NCBI RefSeq assembly: GCF_000446015.1 | Contig: NC_022093.1 | Coordinates: 1,590,001 to 1,622,000 of the forward strand | DNA from: Thermofilum adornatum | GTDB lineage: Archaea; Thermoproteota; Thermoprotei; Thermofilales; Thermofilaceae | Direction of reading: 5' to 3' | Length of the DNA stretch: 32,000 bases | Shown: one piece after another, positions 8,799-18,074 of the stretch | How the letters are laid out: every line of letters starts with the position of its first letter | Position numbering within the stretch: the first letter of the stretch is position 1 | Position numbers and translations under genes: made by a program | Notes under the pieces: model-generated | The model's input: only the letters and a program-made list of their open reading frames with translations | Database searches by the model: none | What the model was told of the DNA's origin: nothing

Positions 8799-10703
8799 CT
8801 ATTTTTTGTCAAACTTGAAAGGACTGACCTTTTGCCCGTGCATTGCCTCTAGAGCTTTGAGCCCCTGGGTTTGCTTGTCCATTATCTCAAAAAATTCTCT
8901 GGGAGTGTCTGGGATAGTGGAATATATCTTTGTAACTCTCTCGATTTTTTCGAGGAAGCCTTTGACACGTATTGTGAACATTTTCTCGTAGAGGTCTTCT
9001 TTGAATTCTTTCCCCAGCTCCCTTGCGAAGATTTCCCTTAGATCCTCGTATGTCGGGATATAGCCTACAGGCGTCTCTATGGCCTGAGCCTCGCCGTGGA
9101 CTCTCTGCTCCATCCATTTTAGCCAGACAATCTTGTCCCTTTTCTCGGCTAGGAACTTTCCATCTTCACGTAGGAAATAGTTCACGCTGAATATCTTCGG
9201 AGACCTAGCAAGCTTCTTCTCAAATTCAAAGTGAAGAGCTGTAAAGGCTCCAACAGAGATTGGCAAGAAGTCAAGAATGGCGTAGGGGTTTAGCTCCATT
9301 ACACCTACCTGGCCAAGGACAGCGGCTGTCCTTTCGCTTTCAAGCGATGCGCCCATTGTTACTATTCCGTGCTTCCAGTCGAAGGCCTCCAGGACGGGCG
9401 GCAGAGTCGAGGGGTCTCTGCCTCCAAAAATGAAGCCAGACACGGGGACGCCTTCCGGGTCGTCTATCCTTGGGTCAAGCTTCGACAAGTGCCTTATGCT
9501 GACAGTGAACCTCGCGTTTGGATGGGAGGGAAGTATTTCTTTTCCGTTTTCGTCCTTTTTTCCCGGCCACCATTCCCCAGCATAGTTGATGCCTTTTTTC
9601 GGCTCTCCTGGTTTCCCGCGCCACCAGACATTGCCGTCCTCCATCAGCAGGACGTTGCTAAATATTACTTCTGCAGAGGGGTTTACAAGTATGCTGTAAA
9701 TTTCTGGGTCGTCCCGCGGATTCACATCATCTATGATTCCGAACATGCCAACTTCTGGGTTTACAGCCCTAGCCTCACCATTCACCGCATGTATTATTGC
9801 CAGGTCGTCTCCAACGACAGTGTCGGCAATCATAGCTGTAGAGGTTTTACCGCATCCTGCGGGATAGGCTCCCGTGAAGTAAGAGATTCTTCCACCCCTC
9901 CCCTTCACGCCAACAATGAACATGTGCTCTGCAAGCCAGACTTCCCTATAGCCCTTGTAGACAGCAAGCCTAAGCGCAAGCTTTTTCAGGCCAACAGTGT
10001 TGCCGGCGTACTGCGTGTTGACACTGTATACAGAGTTTCCCTCTAAGTCAATGAATATCCTCCTGTTTTCAACGTTCTTGCTCCAGCCGTTCTCGTCTCG
10101 CTCGCCGGCAGAATGGATAAAGAGCATATATTCCAGTTCTTCACCTTTCTCTACAAAGTCCCTGTAGCCGTTCCTGTAGAGAATTTCCTCGCTGTGAGCC
10201 ACATAGGCAGAGTCAGTTATCTGGACACCGTAAAGAGACAGCTTGGAGTATCTAGGACCATAGAGGTAGAAGGACACAAACATTTCTTTTCCACTCATTA
10301 CTCCCCTAAACAGCTTTCCTATCTCGGTTAGCCCAGCGTCACGGTCAAAGGTGTTGATGAGGGGGACCTGCCTGCCTCCAGGATAAAGTATCCTCGTATT
10401 CCCCTTGTCACGTGCAAGATCCTTTGGCCCATCAAAGTGCACTGTATGCATGGGATGCACTGTAGGATATTCCTCCCTGTTCTCAAGTGCCCTCTTACGG
10501 ATATAGTCCTTGTCCTCGTCGCTCCCCGTATTTACATATATGCTTGCAGGCCTAGCTACCAGCGCCACCTCTGCTATGTCTCTCCAGAGCCTCGGGTTCT
10601 TGATCTCTTTGAGCCTATCTAGGTGCTCCTCACTGCAGAACGTTGCAAGTAGACGTAGAGGATCCTCTAGGGACTCCTTCTCAATTAAACCTGGGAATCT
10701 CAC
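8799..10703 (-). CDS. pckG: Phosphoenolpyruvate carboxykinase (GTP)
   Basis: 634 aa. 'GAYPAGCGKTSTAM' is the P-loop/kinase-1a equivalent of GTP-PEPCK. 'HPNARFTV' and 'FIFGGRD' are also family motifs. Confidence 0.85.
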   Translation of the reverse strand: MRFPGLIEKESLEDPLRLLATFCSEEHLDRLKEIKNPRLWRDIAEVALVARPASIYVNTGSDEDKDYIRKRALENREEYPTVHPMHTVHFDGPKDLARDKGNTRILYPGGRQVPLINTFDRDAGLTEIGKLFRGVMSGKEMFVSFYLYGPRYSKLSLYGVQITDSAYVAHSEEILYRNGYRDFVEKGEELEYMLFIHSAGERDENGWSKNVENRRIFIDLEGNSVYSVNTQYAGNTVGLKKLALRLAVYKGYREVWLAEHMFIVGVKGRGGRISYFTGAYPAGCGKTSTAMIADTVVGDDLAIIHAVNGEARAVNPEVGMFGIIDDVNPRDDPEIYSILVNPSAEVIFSNVLLMEDGNVWWRGKPGEPKKGINYAGEWWPGKKDENGKEILPSHPNARFTVSIRHLSKLDPRIDDPEGVPVSGFIFGGRDPSTLPPVLEAFDWKHGIVTMGASLESERTAAVLGQVGVMELNPYAILDFLPISVGAFTALHFEFEKKLARSPKIFSVNYFLREDGKFLAEKRDKIVWLKWMEQRVHGEAQAIETPVGYIPTYEDLREIFARELGKEFKEDLYEKMFTIRVKGFLEKIERVTKIYSTIPDTPREFFEIMDKQTQGLKALEAMHGQKVSPFKFDKK

Positions 10704-10847
10704 ATTTACCTATATCAAGAACCTATTAAAAAATCTTAACATTGAGCGATATGGGATTATCTTGGAAAGGCAAAGGCTATACCTATCCTATAGGAAGCCA
10801 TAAAGCTTAGACAAAAAATTAAAATGTTCCCGTGACTCTATATCCTG

Positions 10848-11579
10848 ATGGGAGAAACAAGCCCTGTCGAATTTTTTGACGATTTTAATGGAGAAAGTGA
10901 CCACTGGAACTATAGGACAGATAACTATGCATCGATTAGCCAGGAAAAAAGCATCCTAAGACTCTGCAGTGGCCCTACAGAGGCACTTTACTATTCAAAC
11001 GCAGAGCTCTCGGACGGGCTATTCGATGACCTTCCCTGGGTCGAGAAAACATTTGAGGCAAAGCTAAGGATGACTGGGAACCATTATGGTAGCGCTGGCT
11101 GGGGCTTCTGGAACCACACGATGCAGTTCGACAAAAACATGTGTATGTGGTTTATCCACCTGCAGAGCAGGGGCCCATACATGTTTCAGGGCTTCTTTGC
11201 ACAGGTAGGAAAACACCTCTATCCCATAAAGGTCTATAGGGGCAACATTGCACTTCTCAGCTATGCATCACGCTTGACACTTGGAAAGCTAGGTGTCCTC
11301 ATACACTCCGCTAAACCGTCACTCCAGACGCTCGACCTCACTGAGTGGCACATCTACAAGGTTGAGTGGAGAAAAACAGGCGTAAACTTCCACATAGACG
11401 GCAACCAAGTTGCAAGGCTACCTCCGCCAGCCCAGGGGACAAAAGCCAGAGCAGACATCTGGATAGACAATGCTGTATTTGGCTATAACCCGAGGGACGC
11501 TGGAAGAGTCTATAGGCACCTTACACAGGAAAACAGGAACACAACATGTATAGAAGTAGACTACGTGAAGATCTACTAG
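10848..11579 (+). CDS. Concanavalin A-like lectin/glucanase-fold protein, cytoplasmic (function unknown)
   Basis: 'FFDDFNGESDHW', 'WHIYKVEWRKTGVNFHIDGNQV', 'IWIDNAVFG' and 'IEVDYVKIY' follow the pattern of GH16/LamG-type jelly-roll proteins. No signal peptide and no clear ExDxxE catalytic motif. Confidence 0.5.
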   Translation: MGETSPVEFFDDFNGESDHWNYRTDNYASISQEKSILRLCSGPTEALYYSNAELSDGLFDDLPWVEKTFEAKLRMTGNHYGSAGWGFWNHTMQFDKNMCMWFIHLQSRGPYMFQGFFAQVGKHLYPIKVYRGNIALLSYASRLTLGKLGVLIHSAKPSLQTLDLTEWHIYKVEWRKTGVNFHIDGNQVARLPPPAQGTKARADIWIDNAVFGYNPRDAGRVYRHLTQENRNTTCIEVDYVKIY

Positions 11580-11651
11580 GGACAAAAATGACTCCCTACC
11601 GCCTTATCCTCCTGCAAAGAGAATATATCTCACTCAAGACGAGACACGGGG

Positions 11652-12119
11652 ATGAACTTGCAAATAGATCACTCAGTCGTCCCAATCGTTAAGATATACG
11701 TTCTGAGGCTCTCTAGAGAAGCATACCTGGACCTATACCACCACATATCAGAAAAGTACCCACTAGAGGCTTGCGGAATACTCCTTGGAAGAATAGAAAA
11801 CGGTATAGCGATAGTTACGAGGATACTCCCCCTCAGAAACATAAAAGAATCAAGGACAGAGTTCTGGATAGACGAAAAAGAATGGATAGGAAAAATACTC
11901 GAAGCACAGAAACAGGGCCTAGAATACATCGGCCTGTACCACAGCCACCCAGACGCGGAGCCCCTTCCCTCGCCGTCCGACAGGCACAGGATGCTCGAGT
12001 GTCCAGGAGAAGTATGGCTCATAGTGGGCTACTCCCCCTCGAGCCTCACTATGGCTGCATACAGGGTCGGAGATGACGGCTATTCTTTGCTTTCGCTACA
12101 GGTTCAAAAAAGTATCTAG
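11652..12119 (+). CDS. JAMM/MPN+ family metalloprotease
   Basis: 'EACGILLG' supplies the catalytic Glu. 'HSHPDAEPLPSPSD' is H-S-H-x7-S-x2-D, the complete JAMM zinc motif. Confidence 0.85.
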   Translation: MNLQIDHSVVPIVKIYVLRLSREAYLDLYHHISEKYPLEACGILLGRIENGIAIVTRILPLRNIKESRTEFWIDEKEWIGKILEAQKQGLEYIGLYHSHPDAEPLPSPSDRHRMLECPGEVWLIVGYSPSSLTMAAYRVGDDGYSLLSLQVQKSI

Positions 12120-12324
12120 CAAAGGCTCTTAGACACATTTGGATTTGTGAAGTCAATTACCATATTTACAAATAAGTTTTTATTCCAATAGATTTTGACC
12201 TATCTATATAGCAGTCTAAAGATAGCTCTCAAGTATAGATAAAAAAGTTTTAATTCCACCGTTAATTCCTTTAGCTGAATTGTCTTCGAGGGAAGAAGAA
12301 TTCCTAACCTAAAGGGTATAGCAT

Positions 12325-13722
12325 ATGAGCCGTCACAATCTCGAGAATTACAGGGAAAAAGTGCTTGAAGGGTCTGTCATAGTTACTTTGCTGAGCCTAG
12401 GAGCTGGCCCGATGGTTGCACAGCTGGTTAACGTCATGTATAGTGTCTTGAATTCTTTTTGGCTTGTTCTCTATGACCAGTTGACTGTAGCTGTTCCAAG
12501 GCAGGTTTTTCCTGTTCAGATGCTTTTCGGAGCATTGAACTCTCTTGTTTCAACTGCTGGGGCGGCTTTTGTCTCGCAGTATATGGGTGCAGGCATGTAT
12601 CGTGAAGTGAAGAGGGAATCCTCTAGGATTTTGACAGCGTCATTAATAATTGGGGTCTCAGTTGCTACGTTATTCTTGGCTTTGCGGGACTACATTTTCA
12701 CTTATATCGTGGCTACCCCGCCCGAGATAAGGGATGAAGTTATGCGCTACACGCTTGTCTCAGGGTTTAACATTATTTTATCTAGCATCTCAATGTCTCT
12801 CAGCCTTGTTATAAACAGTATTGGTGAAACTAGGCTTCCCTCCTTGATTAACATCGCCTCTGTAACTGTGAACACGGTTCTGGACCCCGTTTTTATCCTT
12901 GGTATTGGCTTTGTTCCTAGATTCGGGGCAATGGGAGCCGCTCTTACTGACACTATCGGCTTATCCTTGTCGATAATCGGCCTTTACACATTGATTAAAA
13001 GGAGGATACCCGAGGCTATGCCTTCGCTGGTTCTTGATTTTCCAAGGGAATGGCTTGTAAAAGTTCTCCGGATCGGGGGGCCCGTCACGCTTTCAATGTC
13101 TACAAATAGCCTTGCATTTATCATCCAGCAGAGAATGGTGAATGAGTTCGGTGTCCTAGTGACCACGGCATATTCTATAGGCATGATAGTTCTAGACTTG
13201 GCCGACGGGATAATGTGGGGCCTGCTGGGGTCAATAGCCATAATCGTTGGACAAAGCCTTGGAGCCGGAAACATAAAACGTGCAAGGGAGGCGGCAATTA
13301 AGGGAACACTCTTCGTAGCGTCTATTGTTGCCCTAGGAGTGACAGTTATCTACCCCTTCAGGCTCTCCATAATAAGTGTATTCACCTCCAACCCACAGGT
13401 ACAATCGCTTTCGATGGAGTTTCTAGACACTATACTTGTTGGGCTTCCCTTCTTCGCAATGTTTATTGCCGGGATGAATATTGGGAGGGGCTCTGGCAGC
13501 ACGCTTATCCCCACAGTCCTCGGGATGTTTAGGCTGTGGGCTCTCAGAATAGCTCTTTCATATCTACTTGCATTCCTAATGGGTATGGGTCCCAGGGGCC
13601 TGTGGATAGGCATAATGCTTAGCAATGTCGTTGGTGGTCTTATCATGCTTGTCTGGGTTAGCCTAGGAAAATGGGCAAAGCCAATAATAAAAACCCAGGG
13701 CAAAACTCCCGCTGAGCCCTAA
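12325..13722 (+). CDS. MATE-family efflux transporter
   Basis: 465 aa, about 12 TM helices with two-fold internal symmetry. N-terminal pattern (GAGPMVAQLVNVMYSVLNSFW...) is like MATE proteins. Confidence 0.7.
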   Translation: MSRHNLENYREKVLEGSVIVTLLSLGAGPMVAQLVNVMYSVLNSFWLVLYDQLTVAVPRQVFPVQMLFGALNSLVSTAGAAFVSQYMGAGMYREVKRESSRILTASLIIGVSVATLFLALRDYIFTYIVATPPEIRDEVMRYTLVSGFNIILSSISMSLSLVINSIGETRLPSLINIASVTVNTVLDPVFILGIGFVPRFGAMGAALTDTIGLSLSIIGLYTLIKRRIPEAMPSLVLDFPREWLVKVLRIGGPVTLSMSTNSLAFIIQQRMVNEFGVLVTTAYSIGMIVLDLADGIMWGLLGSIAIIVGQSLGAGNIKRAREAAIKGTLFVASIVALGVTVIYPFRLSIISVFTSNPQVQSLSMEFLDTILVGLPFFAMFIAGMNIGRGSGSTLIPTVLGMFRLWALRIALSYLLAFLMGMGPRGLWIGIMLSNVVGGLIMLVWVSLGKWAKPIIKTQGKTPAEP

Positions 13723-13728
13723 AAAGCT

Positions 13729-15030
13729 TTAGTAAACTCTTTTCATCAGTTTTTTGGCGCCAAGCTTCTTCCAGACAACATAGGACAAAAAGGCTCTCCC
13801 ATACATGTCCGTGTTCTGTGTGACCCATGCACCGACAGCTCCAAAATAGATGGACAGAAGCTGTGCAGGCAAAGCACGCAGGAAGATTACCGAGAAGCTA
13901 CTAAGTATGAATGGTATCCACACGCTTCCCATCCCCCTGATCGCCCCAAAGTATGCCTGGCTTATCCCGAAACCTATCTCGCTTATCGCTGCGAGCACCA
14001 GGTAGATAGTGGTTAGACGGGCCACGTCGGCGTCGGCTGTGAAAAAGTTTCCAGCAAAAGGCGATATAGCTATGAGGATCATGGTAGCTATTCCCATCCA
14101 AGTGGTAGCTAGCTTCACACCTTCCCGCAACACGTTGTTTGTCATATTTTCGTCGAGCCTTCCCGTGCCTTGACCTGTTTTTATCAGAGTCGCCGTGCTG
14201 ACTGCAAAGCTAGGCTGAATAATTAGGTTCTCAATAGTTATCCCAATGTTGTGAGCAGCGAGGGCGTTTGTCCCACTCCTGGCTACAGCATTTATGTATA
14301 TGTTCTGGGCTAGGCTAGCGACAATCCTCTCAGACGCGATTGGCAACCCAACATATAGGACGCGCAACCCAGTAGTTGATGGGAGGCGGGGCCTCAGAGA
14401 GACATTAAGAGGGAAAAACAGGTACGCAAAGAGACCAGATAGACTTGCAACGCCGGATGCTAGGCCCGCCCCATACACTCCGAGGGGCTGTAGACCAAAA
14501 AGCCCGAGAGTTAGGGACGGTATAAGTATTGCTCCCACAACTAGGCTTACTAACGAATAGATGCTTGGCGGCCATGGCCTGTCAAGGCTCCTATACACGG
14601 CGCCAAGAACCGAATTGATGAGTATAGCTGGCAAGCCAAGCAGTCTTGCATACGTGTATTCATAGCCGGCCTCAACAACTTCGGGGTTACCCTGAGATAC
14701 AAGATATAGATAGCCTTTTAGCCAAAGAGGCAGGCTCGCGAAAACGACAAATGTAACTATCAGGGCTATTGTAAGTGTCTCTCCCACTGCCTTTTCAAGT
14801 ATGTCGCGTCGACCACTCCCTATAGCCTGGGAGCATACAACCATCACTCCGCCTGTAAAGATCATCGAACCAGCATTGATTATGAGGAAGAGGTACGACG
14901 CTAGGCCTGTTGCGGCTACAGCTGTCTTGGAGAGCCTGGAGACTGCGAGTAGCGATATAAGGCTGAGGATAGAGTCTGCTATAACGCCCACAAGCATGGG
15001 GTAGGCAAGCCTGCGTACCTCGCTAGACAC
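13729..15030 (-). CDS. MATE-family efflux transporter
   Basis: 433 aa, about 12 TM helices. N-terminus 'RRLAYPMLVGVIADSILSLISLLAVSRLSKTAVAATGLA' fits the MATE signature (A-x-P...L...D...VG-x-LG...A). Confidence 0.75.
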   Translation of the reverse strand: MSSEVRRLAYPMLVGVIADSILSLISLLAVSRLSKTAVAATGLASYLFLIINAGSMIFTGGVMVVCSQAIGSGRRDILEKAVGETLTIALIVTFVVFASLPLWLKGYLYLVSQGNPEVVEAGYEYTYARLLGLPAILINSVLGAVYRSLDRPWPPSIYSLVSLVVGAILIPSLTLGLFGLQPLGVYGAGLASGVASLSGLFAYLFFPLNVSLRPRLPSTTGLRVLYVGLPIASERIVASLAQNIYINAVARSGTNALAAHNIGITIENLIIQPSFAVSTATLIKTGQGTGRLDENMTNNVLREGVKLATTWMGIATMILIAISPFAGNFFTADADVARLTTIYLVLAAISEIGFGISQAYFGAIRGMGSVWIPFILSSFSVIFLRALPAQLLSIYFGAVGAWVTQNTDMYGRAFLSYVVWKKLGAKKLMKRVY

Positions 15031-15047
15031 GCATATACAGGCAACAC

Positions 15048-15070
15048 TATTTTTAAAAATTTTAAATTTG
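15048..15070. promoter_or_regulatory. Shared A/T-rich bidirectional promoter core (two back-to-back TATA-like boxes)
   Basis: The 59-bp divergent intergenic region contains 'tatttttaaaaattttaaatttg'. The A/T boxes are centred ~26 nt from ATG 15090 (+) and ~26 nt from the start at 15030 (-), consistent with leaderless transcripts. Confidence 0.45.
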
Positions 15071-15089
15071 TTTAGCCTTGAGAAGATAA

Positions 15090-16010
15090 ATGCCAGAAAC
15101 GATACTGGTAACTGGAGGCGCTGGCTTCATCGGGAGCCACCTCGTAAAAGAACTCGTCAAGTCGGGATACAGCGTACGGGTACTTGATAACCTGTCAAAC
15201 GGATCCCTAGAAAATATCAGAGAGGTCCTCGGCTCTATAGAGTTCATTAAGGGAGACATAAGGGACAAAAATGTCATGGAGGGGGCTCTCAAAGGGGTAG
15301 ATGCTGTGGTTCACCTAGCCGCCCTAATAGACGTGGCAGAATCTGTAGAAAAGCCTGAGCTATACCTCGACGTCAATGTAAACGGGACATTTAACGTGAC
15401 AAGAGCCTCTAGAAAAGTCTCGGCATTCATATTTGCATCCACGTGCGCAGTATATGGTGAACCCGTCAGGATCCCCATTGGGGAAGACCACCCCTTAAGC
15501 CCCAAGTCTCCCTACGCCGCCACAAAGATAGCTGGCGAGGCATTTGTACAGGCATATGGAAACCTCTACGGCTACAGGCCGGTCATCCTTAGGTTCTTCA
15601 ACGTGTATGGGCCACGGCAGTCCAAGGCTTATGCTGGAGTAATCACAGAATTCGTCAAGAGGGCTGCAAGTGGCGAGCCGCCCATAATATTTGGGGACGG
15701 GAAGCAGACGAGAGACTTTGTCCACGTAAAAGACGTCGCAGAAGCCATAATCAAGGCGCTCGAATCAGACAATGCATCCGGGATATACAATGTTGGGAGT
15801 GGCGTAGCTGTAACCATAAACGATCTTGCACACTTGATTCTAAAACTCGCAGGAAAGGAAAACGTCGAGCCAGTACATGGACCTCCCCGGCCAGGGGACA
15901 TAAAGCACTCACAGGCAAACATAAACCGCGCAAAAAAGGAACTGGGCTATAATCCTTCAGTAAGCCTAGAGGAGGGAATCAGAGAAATATTAAACATGGG
16001 CAAAAAATAG
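15090..16010 (+). CDS. NAD-dependent nucleotide-sugar epimerase/dehydratase (UDP-glucose 4-epimerase-like, extended SDR)
   Basis: Rossmann motif 'VTGGAGFIGSHL', catalytic 'YAATKIAGE' (YxxxK), and 'RFFNVYGPRQ'. Confidence 0.85.
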   Translation: MPETILVTGGAGFIGSHLVKELVKSGYSVRVLDNLSNGSLENIREVLGSIEFIKGDIRDKNVMEGALKGVDAVVHLAALIDVAESVEKPELYLDVNVNGTFNVTRASRKVSAFIFASTCAVYGEPVRIPIGEDHPLSPKSPYAATKIAGEAFVQAYGNLYGYRPVILRFFNVYGPRQSKAYAGVITEFVKRAASGEPPIIFGDGKQTRDFVHVKDVAEAIIKALESDNASGIYNVGSGVAVTINDLAHLILKLAGKENVEPVHGPPRPGDIKHSQANINRAKKELGYNPSVSLEEGIREILNMGKK

Positions 16011-16334
16011 ACACGTTTCACTTTCTATCCTGTTCTCCCGCGCGCTGCCCCATACCGTTGATACCCTTACGTTAAGCGGAGTTTTACTGGCAAATAACTG
16101 GTTCAACGCAAGAATAGTCCTTGTCGAGTGGCTTGGAGAAGAAGTCCCAGAAAAAATTTTACTGGGGAAAATGTGAGAGTCCACGCAGACGGCTGGGTAG
16201 AAGTTCAATAAAACATGTTTGTTTTAAGCGCGTAGCTTTTCCAATAAAGGATGTAATACTGGCAGAGATGTTGCTCATGGCCAGTGACCTTATTTTAGAG
16301 TAGGTTTAAATTCCCAGCCTTGATCATTATTTTT

Positions 16335-16772
16335 ATGGAACAATCTTTAGATACGCTGAAAAGTTTCAACTGGAAGGACTTTGGAGTTGCTTTCGCGGTT
16401 CTCTTTGGCTCTAGAGTGAGTGGCAAAGTTTTCAGAGGCGATTGGGATATCGCTGTTTGGCTAGAGGAGTTAAAAGGCTTTGACGAGCTGTTTGCCAGAG
16501 TCGCCGACCTCCAGTACTCGCTGTCCAAGCGGCTAGGCGTGCCCGAGGAAGCCGTTGACATCGTCGTGTTAAACCGATACGAGAAGTTGCCGTGCACGCT
16601 ACTCATTGAGATACTCGGGAAGGGTAAACCTATCTACGTCAAAGACTTCGAGAGCTTTCTCGAATTGCAGATGAGGATTTTGTTTCCCTGCTTTGACTTT
16701 ATGATAGACGCCAAAAAACTGAGACTGTTAGAGGTACAGGTCGAAGCGGTGACCAAGCGTTGGGAGTCCTAA
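16335..16772 (+). CDS. mntA: Minimal nucleotidyltransferase (MntA-like antitoxin)
   Basis: 'LFGSRVSGKVFRGDWDIAVWL' is the G-S-x(n)-D-x-D polymerase-beta-type NTase motif. It overlaps the downstream HEPN gene by 13 nt. I prefer ATG 16335 to the track's TTG 16320. Confidence 0.75.
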   Translation: MEQSLDTLKSFNWKDFGVAFAVLFGSRVSGKVFRGDWDIAVWLEELKGFDELFARVADLQYSLSKRLGVPEEAVDIVVLNRYEKLPCTLLIEILGKGKPIYVKDFESFLELQMRILFPCFDFMIDAKKLRLLEVQVEAVTKRWES

Positions 16773-17173
16773 AGCGCTTGCTCGATAATTTGCTATACTA
16801 CACAAGCTTGCTCGACGGGCTCAAGCCTGAAGACCTAGAAGATGAGTATAAGTATTATGCGGCTCTACACTTGTTGCAGACCCAGGCCCAAGTTTTGATG
16901 GATATATTTGCTAGAGCCTCTTCTACTCTAGGCCTTGGGGTGGACGGATATATTGATGCTGGACTTAAGTTGAGGGCTAAAGACATAATTACTGACATGG
17001 ATTTGGATCTCTATCGCCGAATAGTAGGTTTCCGGAACGTGGTTGTACACGAATATAGTGATGTTGACTCTAGCATTGTTTTGGACATTATAACCAATAA
17101 GAAATATAGGGAAGTTGCGCGCCTCGCAACCAAGGTTGTTGAAGAACTAGAGAAGAGGGGGATCGATTGCTGA
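16760..17173 (+). CDS. hepT: HepT-like HEPN (DUF86) RNase toxin
   Basis: 'GFRNVVVHEYSDVD' contains the R-x4-H-x-Y HEPN motif of the DUF86/HepT family. TTG start. Confidence 0.75.
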   Translation: MGVLKRLLDNLLYYTSLLDGLKPEDLEDEYKYYAALHLLQTQAQVLMDIFARASSTLGLGVDGYIDAGLKLRAKDIITDMDLDLYRRIVGFRNVVVHEYSDVDSSIVLDIITNKKYREVARLATKVVEELEKRGIDC

Positions 17174-17338
17174 AGGCTTGACAAAAGACAACCGTGTAGG
17201 TTATCCGAAAAATACGCCTCCTTTAATGCTACAGATATGCTTTATATCTAGTTGCTATATTTTCCTAGAAAAATCGCAATTATATAGTAGCTTAAGGATG
17301 TGCCTAAATTTTGTGTAAACTCATAAAAAATGCTTCCC

Positions 17339-18022
17339 TTAGAGCGAATATTTTTCTCCAGGCTTCAAGACAACAACTCTTGTGCTGGTGGTTTTCTCGA
17401 CCAACTGCTTGAATTCTTCTGGATCCGCCCTTATAACTGGGAAAGTATTGTAGTGCATCGGGATAGCTATCCTTGGCTTTATCAGCTGGACGGCCTTCGC
17501 TGCCTCGTTGATGCCCATAGTGAAGTGCCCGCCTATTGGTAGAAAGGCCACGTCTGGCTTGTAGAGCTCCCCTATGAGAGCCATGTCCCCGAAGAGACCC
17601 GTGTCGCCGGCATGATATATCGTTGCATCTTTACCAGAAACTACGACCCCTGTCGGGGTGCCTTTAGAGGAGCTGTGCACCGCGGGCGTAAATATAATCT
17701 TAAGGTCTTGCACGCTGAGGGGGCCGCCAATGTTGGCGCCTATAGCCTCTATGCCCTGGCTGGATGCTTCCTCTGCCAGCTCATATATGGCTACAAACTT
17801 GGCGCCCGTCATTTTTGCGATCTCAAAGCTGTTCCCCAGGTGGTCCCCATGGTCATGCGTAACAATGATATAGTCGACTCTTGTACCCCTATATGCGGAG
17901 GGCTTTACGGGGCTTAGTGAGTTTTCGAGCCAAGGGTCTACGAGAACCCTCTTTTCTTGTCCATCTAGTCCTTTAAGCACCAGTTCGAAAGCCGCGTGAC
18001 CAAAAAAAGTAATTAAAGCCAT
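17339..18022 (-). CDS. UPF0173-type metallo-beta-lactamase-fold hydrolase
   Basis: 'ITFFGHAAFEL' and 'IIVTHDHGDHLG' (HxHxDH). 227 aa, typical of the UPF0173 family. Confidence 0.85.
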   Translation of the reverse strand: MALITFFGHAAFELVLKGLDGQEKRVLVDPWLENSLSPVKPSAYRGTRVDYIIVTHDHGDHLGNSFEIAKMTGAKFVAIYELAEEASSQGIEAIGANIGGPLSVQDLKIIFTPAVHSSSKGTPTGVVVSGKDATIYHAGDTGLFGDMALIGELYKPDVAFLPIGGHFTMGINEAAKAVQLIKPRIAIPMHYNTFPVIRADPEEFKQLVEKTTSTRVVVLKPGEKYSL

Positions 18023-18074
18023 CAGTAATAAGGTTATACCGAGGGGATAAATAAATTTTTGTAGAGCTTATCTT

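Noticed and set aside
10786-10795. Palindrome TCCTATAGGA, within ctatacctatcctatagga, in the pckG / ConA-like divergent promoter region
   Set aside because: A 10-bp palindrome in a 144-bp A/T-rich spacer has roughly a 10% chance expectation. It has no second copy and no known regulator motif match.
15990-16303. Track ORFs 15990-16208 (-) and 16121-16303 (+) in the long intergenic gap
   Set aside because: They overlap each other on opposite strands, have an implausible start context and composition, and show no motifs. The region is treated as non-coding and reported as a gap finding instead.
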